Positions 30,215 through 39,410 of a stretch of DNA of 64,000 bases are shown here, one piece after another. The notes beneath the pieces were generated by a model. It did no database searches. It saw nothing but the letters and a program-made list of their open reading frames with translations, and was not told the origin of the DNA. The position numbers and the translations under genes are program-made. This DNA is from Spirochaetota bacterium (GTDB lineage Bacteria > Spirochaetota > UBA12135 > COTS27), in the NCBI GenBank assembly GCA_965249715.1, contig CBDFMP010000047.1, forward strand, positions 128,362 to 192,361. Direction: 5' to 3'. How positions within the stretch are numbered: the stretch's first letter is position 1; each line of letters opens with the position of its first letter.

Positions 30215-31387
30215 TTAATTGTGTTGCGAAATTTGACTGTAAACGATGCGAATGAGTTTATAACGCAGTTGGGGTTTGTCAAGCAATGCTATAACTTTTA
30301 AGGTTTCTTCCGCCAGATTAATGGTCTCAGTTCTGCTGCTGTTACCGCGTTTGGGTTGTGTGATCAACTCTATAATAGGACGCTTGGGGTAGCGGTACGT
30401 TGCCTTGATGCTAATGCCTATTTGTTGATTATCAAGCATGAGCACTTCGCCCGGTGGAAAAAAAGAATTGACAGAAAAAAAATTTTTAAGGATAGTTTCA
30501 TCGTAACGTTCTTTATGTTTTAAGAGTAAGAGCATAGCATTGGTGGGCAGGGCAGGGGGGCGAAATGATTTCAGAAATTCCGATGTCAGGTAAACATATT
30601 CGTGCGCCAATGTCAGTATTTGTGCCACGGGCGTAATTGTCTGGGTGCCTATGCCCAATGCCCCGCTTTTGTCTAAATATTCATGGTGTGTGAGTACAAG
30701 ATAAATGAGCTCTTTGGAGGCTTTCATTTCTTTTTGCAGGATTTGACAACTGAGTTTGACGTGAAAAGCCAGCTGCTCAGTTAAGTCCAATGGGAAATTA
30801 TATTTGTCTTTTGAATATGCGGAAGCCTGCTCCATGACCGTTTTTTCTGATTTGCGCTGGAAGCCAATGTCTGCGAAACAGGCAGCATAAAAAAGCTGTT
30901 TCAGCTCATCCTGCTTCAAGTTCATACGCGTTCCCAACATGATGGCATTAAATGCGGTTAAGAGCGCAACACCCTCATAAGTACTGGAATTCACATCAGT
31001 ATTCACATAAAAGGAAAAATAATTATTGGGGTTTTGATAAAAATTCAAGAGTTTTGTGAAGTACTTGTCATAATTCGGCATATTCAGCTTATAACTAAGC
31101 TGGACAGCTTCATAAAATTCTTTCAACTCGGCAAGGAATTCGCGCGTGAAATCACGAAACCCCTTGATTTGCTCATTGAAATAAAGGCTGAACTTTTTTT
31201 CACTTTGTGTATAGCTTTTGATATAAAAATCTTCTAACTTCCATTTTTTGAGTAGTTGCAGATCTTCTGTTGTTGGCGTCATCCCCTTCTCTAAGAAGAT
31301 CAAATCCTTGTCAATAAACAAATTCTCTGTTACCTGTTCGCCGGGGTTGAGTGCACTCAGCTTGATCGTATCATTTTTGGGAGACAT
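30215..31387 (-). CDS. HD-GYP-like domain protein, probably degenerate
   Basis: 390 aa. LTHHEYLDKSGALGIG resembles the HHExxDGSGYP block but lacks GYP. The expected HDIGK is replaced by FADIGF. Confidence 0.45.
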   Translation of the reverse strand: MSPKNDTIKLSALNPGEQVTENLFIDKDLIFLEKGMTPTTEDLQLLKKWKLEDFYIKSYTQSEKKFSLYFNEQIKGFRDFTREFLAELKEFYEAVQLSYKLNMPNYDKYFTKLLNFYQNPNNYFSFYVNTDVNSSTYEGVALLTAFNAIMLGTRMNLKQDELKQLFYAACFADIGFQRKSEKTVMEQASAYSKDKYNFPLDLTEQLAFHVKLSCQILQKEMKASKELIYLVLTHHEYLDKSGALGIGTQTITPVAQILTLAHEYVYLTSEFLKSFRPPALPTNAMLLLLKHKERYDETILKNFFSVNSFFPPGEVLMLDNQQIGISIKATYRYPKRPIIELITQPKRGNSSRTETINLAEETLKVIALLDKPQLRYKLIRIVYSQISQHN

Positions 31388-31548
31388 TGTTTGTTGTTTC
31401 TCTCAATTTATTTGTGGTGCTGAGTTTCACTTGTTATTTGACGGAAATATTATGATCCCGTATGCAACAAGTAGTTTTTCATACACGCCCGCCCATACAA
31501 GCCCCCGCCAATAGGTAAGGTACTGCGTGTAAAGGACTGCGATATAGT

Positions 31549-32028
31549 TCAGGCAGGTTGTTTTGTGCAAAACTTGGACTCGGTAGGGTTAAGCTTCTTC
31601 ACGGTTGTCAGGACATGGCGTGTATGGTGAGTGGGATGATCGGAAATAAGCTGCCATCCTTGACGCGTTGTTTGATTGATAATGACAGGTCCCAGCAAGT
31701 TAACGGTGGGGTCGGCTTCTTCCTCGCGTTGGGTGACAATAGCAAAGTCATGTGTATAAGGCGAAGGCGCATCACAGCTTAGTGTGTAGTCCTTAAAACA
31801 TTCCTGGGGACGCACTAAGACAAAACAGAGTGTTTCATCGGATAATGCCTGCAGGAAATAAAACAATGAATGCTGAGCAGTTTTAAGCAGCAGGTAATGT
31901 TTGATGTCCTCAAAGCCAAGCAGACCTTGCGGGAAATGGATAATGTCTTCTGGGGTGTAGGCTAGCTTGCCTAGTTTGGCGCTTGTGAGCATGGAGGGGG
32001 TTTGCTGAGAGGTGAGCATAATTATCAA
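31549..32028 (-). CDS. fliW: Flagellar assembly factor FliW
   Basis: YTPEDIIHFPQGLLGFEDIKHYLLL...FYFLQAL...CFVLVRP is typical FliW. The true start is probably the internal Met at 31992 (MLTSAKLGKLAY). Confidence 0.8.
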   Translation of the reverse strand: MIIMLTSQQTPSMLTSAKLGKLAYTPEDIIHFPQGLLGFEDIKHYLLLKTAQHSLFYFLQALSDETLCFVLVRPQECFKDYTLSCDAPSPYTHDFAIVTQREEEADPTVNLLGPVIINQTTRQGWQLISDHPTHHTRHVLTTVKKLNPTESKFCTKQPA

Positions 32029-32091
32029 TAAAGCTGAATAGGATTAATTTTTAAATGGTTGACAAACGGTTTCCTGAAGCTCCAAGTAAGC

Positions 32092-33345
32092 TTAAAGGAA
32101 ATCTAAAAGTGTTGTCTCAAGCAGCCGTGAGGCAGTTTGAAGTGTGATGCGATGGAGATAGTTCCATTCGTTAAAAGCTGTTGCCGCTGTGGCAATATCG
32201 GCATCCTCATTGGCTGAGCGCCGTTCAATGACCGTTTGACGTTCATTTGCAAGCGCTTGTTTGGTTAGCTGAGTGCGTGTGGTGAGTGCTGATAATTTTG
32301 CCTGTCCTTTCACAAGGTTATCCAAGCCGCGTGTGATGCCGCCCAAGTGAAGGCCGCCCAGCTCGCGCAGCTGATTGTCAAGCAGCGCGTCACGCAGGCG
32401 GATCACGCGATCAAAAATAGAACCATCAGTCGCTAAGACATTAGCACTGAGGTTATCGTAAGGGACATTACCGGGGGCATCGGCTTTTAGAAAGCCAAGT
32501 TGTCTGAGGAGGGTTCCGCCCTTCAGATCTTCAAGCGCTATTTTATGCGGATAATTGCTTTCAATGGCCAGTGCCAGCTCCCCACTTGGCAATTCTTGTG
32601 AAAATGCTGTCACTGTGGGAATCTTTGTATTAATGGTTTCGGCGATAATGGCTAAATTATCCCCTGCGTTTAGTTGTACGGTAAAACCGTCAATGCGGAT
32701 AGTGGCGGTTTCGGGATTGATAAAATTGCGGCTGTCACGGCGTGGGATGAGCGTTTCCTGGTCAGCCCAGAAGATCTCACTGCCATTGGCTAAGATGCGT
32801 GCATTGTCATTATCGCCAATCTGCACAATATGCGGGCGATAGTCGCCTTCATAGCTCACATGATTGATCAGCGGGCGTCCCAATTCTGTTTGAAAGGCTG
32901 TTGTTGTTTTGAACGGCGCCACAATGTCCTTAGACCCTGCAAAAAGGTACTTAGCTTCATGCTGACTGTTTGCCAGAGTGACCAGCTGCTTTAGCATTTC
33001 TTCTACCTCTAGGGCAATATTATGGCGATCGCTGCGCGTGAGCGGACCATTGGCTGCTTGCAGCGTCAATTCACGGACGCGGCGCACTACATCGTTTGCG
33101 CTGCTCAGCTGGTCGTGGGCAATGCGTAAACGCGTATTGACTTCCGCTATATTCTCCGTATAACGTTCCAACTGATTCAGGCGAATACGACTGTACAGAC
33201 TGGTAATGGTTTTAAGCGGCGCGTCACTGGGGCGACTGAACTGTTTGCCGGTGATCAGCTGGCGTTGCGTCTTCACAACGCCCTGATTATTGCGCATCAT
33301 GTTGTGAATATTGGATTGTTTGAGCTGCAGGTTGGATATTCTCAT
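32092..33345 (-). CDS. flgL: Flagellar hook-associated protein 3 (FlgL)
   Basis: 417 aa. The flagellin-like N-terminus is MRISNLQ...ITGKQFSRPSDAPL and the C-terminal helix is flagellin-like. It is positioned after flgK. Confidence 0.85.
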   Translation of the reverse strand: MRISNLQLKQSNIHNMMRNNQGVVKTQRQLITGKQFSRPSDAPLKTITSLYSRIRLNQLERYTENIAEVNTRLRIAHDQLSSANDVVRRVRELTLQAANGPLTRSDRHNIALEVEEMLKQLVTLANSQHEAKYLFAGSKDIVAPFKTTTAFQTELGRPLINHVSYEGDYRPHIVQIGDNDNARILANGSEIFWADQETLIPRRDSRNFINPETATIRIDGFTVQLNAGDNLAIIAETINTKIPTVTAFSQELPSGELALAIESNYPHKIALEDLKGGTLLRQLGFLKADAPGNVPYDNLSANVLATDGSIFDRVIRLRDALLDNQLRELGGLHLGGITRGLDNLVKGQAKLSALTTRTQLTKQALANERQTVIERRSANEDADIATAATAFNEWNYLHRITLQTASRLLETTLLDFL

Positions 33346-33382
33346 TTCAGTTTCCTGTATGTCTTGTTATGTCAGCGGGATG

Positions 33383-35305
33383 TTATCCTACTTGGGTGAG
33401 TAAAATTTCCAAAAGTTCGTCCATCACTTTTACAATGCGTGCACTTGCTTGATAGCCCTGCTGGTAGGCTATCATATTGGCAAGCTCCTCGTCAATATTG
33501 ACGCCGGAAACAGCTTGGCGCATGGCTTGCAGCGCTTGAAGACTGGCATTGTATTTTTCAATTTCAATAGTCGCGGCTTTGCCGCTGCTGCCCAATGCTA
33601 TAATATTAGCTGTATAATATTCATTGAGTGTGCGGCGATTGTCAAAAAGCGTATTGTCAAAACGCAGCCTGGCAATAGCTGCTGCACTGAAGCTATCTCT
33701 GCTTCCATGTGCCAGCTCGGGCCCTGGTGTGATGTCATAATTGCTGCCGCCGCGTGCGGCAATGAGTCCACCATCGTCGCGCAAGTCTTCACGGACGCGC
33801 ACCCATGCGGAAGGATGCTGCAGGGGGGTTCGTTCAAATGTGGCGGTGTCGGCTAATTGTTCGCTGGCTGTTGGATTGGTGCTGGTGAAGGGAACGTTGC
33901 TGTCGCGGAGAACGGCGCTGATGGATGTAAGGAAGCTGCCCGTGTCTTCCAGATACGGAAGTGCAAAAGCATAACGCGGGGTTTCCGAATAACTTTTAAT
34001 GACCAGCTTACTTTCAAAGTTTAAGTAGGCGTTCACGCCAGCCTCACTATTATTAATCCGCGTCATGAGTGAAGCAATGGTTTCATCTGCACGATAGACC
34101 AGCTGCACGGTGCGCAGACCAGCGTTTCCCGTCCCTGCATTAGCATTAGCCTTGGCATTGGCATGTTGGAATGTCAGGACGCCCTCAGCGCCAATAACAG
34201 CGTCTGCCGCTAAGGGGGTTCCACCAGTCACTTTGAAAAGCAATGTACTATCTACGACTCCATCTTGTGTGGTGTCAAAACTGCCATTGCCATTGACGCC
34301 CGGGTAGGCTGTTGCAAAAAAATTGCCGCCGTTTGCTCCGTAAAGGTTAAAACTTTTGTTATGAATTTCATTGACAGCGGACGAGAGATTGACGGTCAGT
34401 GTGTCCAGCTGGTTAATTTCCTGAGGAATTATTTCATCGCGTAAGCTAAGGTTGGCTAGCAGCTCGCCTTCGGCGGGCGTGAATGCTTCCAGGGTATGCT
34501 GCCACACATACTTATCAGCATATTTGTCTGTAGTGCCCGGTTGGATCATGATTTGATTGGCAATGTGTCCCTGTACCAGAATATTGCCATTGATAAAGAC
34601 AAAGGTTTCATCGGCGTCGTTATGGGAGACGCTTACGGCGCTAATACTTGAAAGCTCTTCAATGAACGCATCACGTTTATCCAGCAGGTCATTGGGATGA
34701 TCGCCTGCAGCCTCGGCGGCTTCAATAAGGTGATTGAGCTCAGCAATGCCTTTGGCAAAATTATTCAGCTGGGATACTTGTTCGTTCAATTTCAGATTGC
34801 TTTCCGCTTTCAAGGCGTTGAGCTGGAAAAATTTGTTGCGGATGTCGCGCGTCAGCAACTCGGTGCTTTGGAGGAGCTCTTCACGAACGGCTGGTTCATT
34901 GCTTCTGAGACTGAGCGCTTGCCAGCTGTCCCAGAACTTATCCAGCTTTTGCTGCAAATTTTGCTCTTCTAAGGCGTGATAAATGCGTTCGAGCTCTTTG
35001 ATATTGTTTTGTGTGCCTTCCCAATAGGCGAGGGCGCTTTTTTCTCTAAAAATGCGGGTGTCCAGATAAACATCACGATCGCGGCGCACAGCAACCACTT
35101 CGCCGCCTTGTCCCAGTTGTCCAGGGCGTTCCACGCGTGTCAGATCATTGCGGTAAAGCGGATCAATGGTGCCTAAAAACACGCGCTGGCGCGAGTATGT
35201 TTCATTATTGCTATTGGCAAGATTGTGCGAAACAACGTTTAACGCCTTGCGGTGTGCGATGAGTGAACGTTTGCCAATTTCTAAACCTAAAAATGTTGAT
35301 TCCAT
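33383..35305 (-). CDS. flgK: Flagellar hook-associated protein 1 (FlgK)
   Basis: The start is reassigned to the ATG at 35305 (MESTFLGLEIGKRSLIAHRKALNVVSHNLANSNNETYSRQRV), with AGGAAAG upstream. The C-terminal GVNIDEELANMIAYQQGYQASARIV is the FlgK signature. Confidence 0.9.
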   Translation of the reverse strand: MESTFLGLEIGKRSLIAHRKALNVVSHNLANSNNETYSRQRVFLGTIDPLYRNDLTRVERPGQLGQGGEVVAVRRDRDVYLDTRIFREKSALAYWEGTQNNIKELERIYHALEEQNLQQKLDKFWDSWQALSLRSNEPAVREELLQSTELLTRDIRNKFFQLNALKAESNLKLNEQVSQLNNFAKGIAELNHLIEAAEAAGDHPNDLLDKRDAFIEELSSISAVSVSHNDADETFVFINGNILVQGHIANQIMIQPGTTDKYADKYVWQHTLEAFTPAEGELLANLSLRDEIIPQEINQLDTLTVNLSSAVNEIHNKSFNLYGANGGNFFATAYPGVNGNGSFDTTQDGVVDSTLLFKVTGGTPLAADAVIGAEGVLTFQHANAKANANAGTGNAGLRTVQLVYRADETIASLMTRINNSEAGVNAYLNFESKLVIKSYSETPRYAFALPYLEDTGSFLTSISAVLRDSNVPFTSTNPTASEQLADTATFERTPLQHPSAWVRVREDLRDDGGLIAARGGSNYDITPGPELAHGSRDSFSAAAIARLRFDNTLFDNRRTLNEYYTANIIALGSSGKAATIEIEKYNASLQALQAMRQAVSGVNIDEELANMIAYQQGYQASARIVKVMDELLEILLTQVG

Positions 35306-35322
35306 AATGTTCTTTCCTGAAT

Positions 35323-35667
35323 TTAAGTGGAACGTGAATATCGTTTGAGCAGAGTTTGCTGTTTTTTGCCTGCTTTTGTGTAGCAGGCGCTTTCTGTATA
35401 AAAAAACTTCTCGCAACTGAGCTGTAGATCTCTAATGATGCTAATGGTGGTCTTACAATGTTGCTGCCAAACCCCTACAAGTGGTGTGAGCTGCGTGTGA
35501 ATAGTTGGCGATTGTGTGGTTAGCTGCTGCCGTAACTGTTTCATTAGGGTTTCTTGTGTGTGCAATAAACGATGGAATAAGGCATTGGGAGGTTTTTGCA
35601 ATAGCTTGTGTTTAAATTTTTCCAAGCGGATGATGCGCTGTAAAAGGCTGTACGGATTGATGAACAT
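35323..35667 (-). CDS. Hypothetical helical protein upstream of flgK (FlgN-like chaperone position)
   Basis: 114 aa, Gln/Leu-rich and predicted helical. It occupies the slot that usually holds flgN. No motif was recognised. Confidence 0.3.
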   Translation of the reverse strand: MFINPYSLLQRIIRLEKFKHKLLQKPPNALFHRLLHTQETLMKQLRQQLTTQSPTIHTQLTPLVGVWQQHCKTTISIIRDLQLSCEKFFYTESACYTKAGKKQQTLLKRYSRST

Positions 35668-36036
35668 TTAAAATAAACTGTGTTGCTAACTGCGGTTTTT
35701 GTGAGTTTGTAGTTTTACTCCTATCGCTATCGCTTAGGTTTATCTACGAGTCATCCTGAGAATGATAAAGCGACTTTAGTACTTGGTGACCTAATGGCAG
35801 CTTGTTCTAAAATTTACTTAAATTTATAACTGAGTTGTAAGCCATAACACTGCCTAAATAGCCGAAAATTTCATAAAATTTGCATTTTTTTTTTTTTATT
35901 GCCCGATTTTGCATAAATTTTTAAGCTGACAGCTTAACTTCTGATAAAATTTATAAGAAAAATTTATGATGAATTTATTTGTATTGAGATGTTTTGTTTA
36001 TTAAAATTCAGTATTGGCGGTAAGTAGTTTTGTATC

Positions 36037-37005
36037 ATGCAGCATTCACATATTGCTGAACTAAGCGGGTTACGCGTTTTGCTAACTAAATTAGCGTCAG
36101 GTGTACTCATAGGAGCACCGCAGTCATTGAAAATGGCGCTGGAACAGTATCCTAAGCTGCTGGGAAAAATTTATAAACCATTGGCAGAGGCGCTGGTACA
36201 TGCAGTCTTAGCGGCTAGGCAGCGTGGGCAGAATTCTCAGGAAGGCAAAATAGCGCCAGCTCCGCTATTGGTGGGCATTAGCGGGGCACAAGGAACAGGC
36301 AAATCTGTGCTTGCAACCATACTGGCTTATTTGCTGAGTACTGGAGCGGGACTACGGACGGCTGTTTTAACATTGGATGATTTTTATCTTAAGAAAGCAG
36401 ATCGCAACAGGCTTGCAGCCACATTGCATCCGCTTTTTCAGACGCGCGGCGTGCCGGGAACACATGATACGGCACTGCTCATGGAAGTTTGGGGCGCACT
36501 CAAACGCGGAAGCCCGCAGCTGTTGGAAGTGCCGATCTTTGCTAAGGGCTTGGATGAGCGCTTAGCGGTCACGCGTAAAATTGAGCTCCCAGTCGAGCTT
36601 GTTTTATTGGAAGGTTGGTGTGTGGGGGCACGTGCGCTCAGTACAGCAGAGCTCACAAAACCCATTAATTCACTGGAAAACAGTGAAGATCGCCTCGGCA
36701 TTTGGCGGCGCACTGTCAATGAGCGCCTTGCTACTCAGTACACGCCCTTGTTCAGTCAGCTGCAATATTTGATCGCCATGCTTCCGCCACGTGCTGACTT
36801 TAATCTGATTTTTCAATATCGCATGGAGCAGGAGCAGTGGCTGCCTGCTAAACAGCGGTTATCACGTAAGACGATGTATCGGTTTATAGCGCATTTTGAA
36901 CGCATTACGCGGCAGCTCTTCAATGACCTGCCCAGACAGGCAGATGCCATTGTCCAGCTGGGAGCCACGCGCGCGGATGCGGAGCTTGTACTAAAGACGG
37001 ACTGA
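36037..37005 (+). CDS. P-loop kinase of the D-glycerate 3-kinase (GLYK/uridine-kinase-like) family
   Basis: 322 aa with Walker A VGISGAQGTGKSVLA, LTLDDFYLKKADR and TRGVPGTHDTALL, resembling plant/cyanobacterial-type glycerate 3-kinases. Confidence 0.6.
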   Translation: MQHSHIAELSGLRVLLTKLASGVLIGAPQSLKMALEQYPKLLGKIYKPLAEALVHAVLAARQRGQNSQEGKIAPAPLLVGISGAQGTGKSVLATILAYLLSTGAGLRTAVLTLDDFYLKKADRNRLAATLHPLFQTRGVPGTHDTALLMEVWGALKRGSPQLLEVPIFAKGLDERLAVTRKIELPVELVLLEGWCVGARALSTAELTKPINSLENSEDRLGIWRRTVNERLATQYTPLFSQLQYLIAMLPPRADFNLIFQYRMEQEQWLPAKQRLSRKTMYRFIAHFERITRQLFNDLPRQADAIVQLGATRADAELVLKTD

Positions 37006-37564
37006 ATGGAAGACAGTTATTTCACTCAAACGCGGAAGCCCGCAGCTGTTGGAAGTGCCGATCTTTGCTAAGGGCTTGGATGAGCGCTTAGCGGTCACGC
37101 GTAAAATTGAGCTCCCAGTCGAGCTTGTTTTATTGGAAGGTTGGTGTGTGGGGGCACGTGCGCTCAGTACAGCAGAGCTCACAAAACCCATTAATTCACT
37201 GGAAAACAGTGAAGATCGCCTCGGCATTTGGCGGCGCACTGTCAATGAGCGCCTTGCTACTCAGTACACGCCCTTGTTCAGTCAGCTGCAATATTTGATC
37301 GCCATGCTTCCGCCACGTGCTGACTTTAAGCAAATTTTTCAATATCGCATGGAGCAGGAGCAGGAGCAGGAGCAGTGGCTGCCTGCTAAACAGCGGTTAT
37401 CACGTAAGACGATGTATCGGTTTATAGCGCATTTTGAACGCATTACGCGGCAGCTCTTCAATGACCTGCCCAGACAGGCAGATGCCATTGTCCAGCTGGG
37501 AGCCACGCGCGCGGATGCGGAGCTTGTACTAAAGACGGACTGAATGGAAGACAGTTATTTCACT
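36497..37564. repeat. Tandem duplication (526 bp + 538 bp) of the 3' half of the kinase gene plus the convergent gene junction
   Basis: Copy 1 is 36497-37022 and copy 2 is 37023-37560. A 4-bp cact lies at both junctions and again at 37561-37564. The copies differ by (GAGCAG)2 versus (GAGCAG)4 and by aatctg versus aagcaa. Confidence 0.95.
37049..37543 (+). pseudogene. Duplicated 3' fragment of the kinase gene
   Basis: This 164-aa ORF is nearly identical to residues ~164-322 of the 36037..37005 product. It carries an EQEQ insertion and lacks the P-loop half. Confidence 0.8.
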
Positions 37565-38163
37565 AAATTATTGATTTTACCGACAGCCGAAAAACATAAA
37601 ACAGCACCCATAAAGTAGCTGATCGTGATGCTTCCCAGTGTTGGGAAGACCACAAAAACCAATCCTATCATCACCAGCAGCAGCGATGAGATTTTTTGCC
37701 ACTGGACGCGCGATAACCGTGCTGGTTTGGCATGCGGACGTTCGTGATCAATCACTCCAGTCGCTTCAGTTGCGGGCGGTTTAAACATACCGACAGCAGA
37801 AAGAAATAACAGGCGAATGACAGCCGCAAAGATGATCAGCAGACCAATGATAATTGAGAAGAGCTTGAGTGATAATAGGGCATTTAAAACTAAAAACAGC
37901 CCTAACAATCCGTCGAATATAGCCGCAAGCGTGTAACCGATATTGCCTTTTCTGAGCCCCTGTACCAAACTGACAATGCTGATGAGCAAGAAGAAGAAAC
38001 CGACGAGCGATATCAAACTTTTTATGCTGCCGACAGGATTGATGAATAAAATGCCGCTGAGTAGGAGAAGAATAATAATCTGCAGCAGTTCCCAGGTGAT
38101 GTCCCAGCTTTTAGTTAAACGCGTACTACGTGATGAGGGAGTTTGTGGTGTTGACATAAACAA
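37555..38163 (-). CDS. Small polytopic membrane protein (HdeD/DUF308-like)
   Basis: 202 aa with 5-6 TM helices of repetitive GxLLxxxG character. No catalytic motif. Confidence 0.4.
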   Translation of the reverse strand: MFMSTPQTPSSRSTRLTKSWDITWELLQIIILLLLSGILFINPVGSIKSLISLVGFFFLLISIVSLVQGLRKGNIGYTLAAIFDGLLGLFLVLNALLSLKLFSIIIGLLIIFAAVIRLLFLSAVGMFKPPATEATGVIDHERPHAKPARLSRVQWQKISSLLLVMIGLVFVVFPTLGSITISYFMGAVLCFSAVGKINNLVK

Positions 38164-38197
38164 TGTGTCTCCGTGAATAATGATAACTTAAAAACAC

Positions 38198-39379
38198 TCA
38201 AGATGAGTAGGCATTAAGTGCTGCCATAAGGTTTTTACACAAGGCATTGAGCTGAGTGAAACGATTGTTGGTATTATTATCGTACAGCAACAGCTTGCCA
38301 TATTGAAAGTTGTTGAGTTGTTGTTTGATTTGTTTTAATTTAACGGCTTCTGTACCGGAAAGTTTTATACGTTGTTCCAATTCAGCTTTGGGGAAACGCG
38401 CAGCTTTATGGAGGCGCTTTTGGCGTTCGGTGCTGTGACAGCTGACAAAAAGGACGAAGCCATTGCTTTCAGCAAGCAGCTGGTACTCAGCAGCTTGCGG
38501 TGCTTCTATAAAAATTACCCCCTCGCAGCCAACGAGTATTTTGCGATAAGTACTGATGATATAGGGACTCATCACAAGCTCAAGGAATTTCAAGTGCGCT
38601 TTTGCCACTGAACGCGATGCTGTCAGTATGTGTTTGCGGATCTCAGCTTTACTGGGCTGTGTTTTGAGCTTGAAATGGACTGTCAGTTGTTGTTTCAATG
38701 TTGGCAACTTACCGGCAGCTAGCTGTTTGTACAGTGTGTCCACGACCGTATCCAGATTGATATAGTGCGCTTTGATGCGATAGTGTTTGGCGATGAATTT
38801 GACGAGCTTGGGAATGATGGTGGATTTGCCCGCGCCAATGCACCCGGTCACAATCACGCGTTGCTGGTTCAGCAGCTTTCTTTCCAGCTGATGTTTGACG
38901 GGCAATGGAACAAACGTCGTCACATCGCCGCCATGGAGCGTGATGTTTTTAACCAGGCTGGAAGAAATGTCCTGATAGGCTTCATCGCAGAGCAGGTAAA
39001 GCGGTTGTACTTGCTGCAAGCTGGGGCTGAGCTGTGCCTGATAGCCCTTGATAAGACTACGTTCATAGTGGAGCTCTGCTGCATTTCTCAGCCCGCGGAT
39101 GACGGTAAAAACGCCTTCTGCCAACATGAGTTCATGCAGCATGCCCTGCCAGGCAATAACGGGCGGCGGTGTTGAGCGCCCAATGTTTCGCCAATGTGTG
39201 GCAAGCACGTCGCGTGTCAGCTGGGCCCGCAATGTCAATGACAATGTATGCTTTTTGGAGTAGTTATCCAAGACAACCACAGTAAGCTGCTGGTTGCAGA
39301 GCCGTTGTGCTTTGGCAATGATATTAATATGTCCGTAAGTAAGCGGATCAGCTGAAATGGGAAAAAGTGCTCGCTCCAT
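38198..39379 (-). CDS. Fusion protein: phosphopantetheine adenylyltransferase-like (CoaD) N-domain + dephospho-CoA kinase-like (CoaE) P-loop C-domain
   Basis: The N-terminal ALFPISADPLTYGHINIIAKAQRL is the cytidylyltransferase (T/H)xGH motif, as in CoaD. The C-terminal half has VIVTGCIGAGKSTI (Walker A) with CoaE-like downstream spacing. Confidence 0.55.
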   Translation of the reverse strand: MERALFPISADPLTYGHINIIAKAQRLCNQQLTVVVLDNYSKKHTLSLTLRAQLTRDVLATHWRNIGRSTPPPVIAWQGMLHELMLAEGVFTVIRGLRNAAELHYERSLIKGYQAQLSPSLQQVQPLYLLCDEAYQDISSSLVKNITLHGGDVTTFVPLPVKHQLERKLLNQQRVIVTGCIGAGKSTIIPKLVKFIAKHYRIKAHYINLDTVVDTLYKQLAAGKLPTLKQQLTVHFKLKTQPSKAEIRKHILTASRSVAKAHLKFLELVMSPYIISTYRKILVGCEGVIFIEAPQAAEYQLLAESNGFVLFVSCHSTERQKRLHKAARFPKAELEQRIKLSGTEAVKLKQIKQQLNNFQYGKLLLYDNNTNNRFTQLNALCKNLMAALNAYSS

Positions 39380-39410
39380 GGAAATAGTCAGCTTAAGTGG
39401 AAGCCGTTAA

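Noticed and set aside
36438-37245. Two identical 84-93-aa minus-strand ORFs (36438..36719 and 36991..37245).
   Set aside because: They are antisense to the kinase gene and identical only because the region is tandemly duplicated. They show no coding features.
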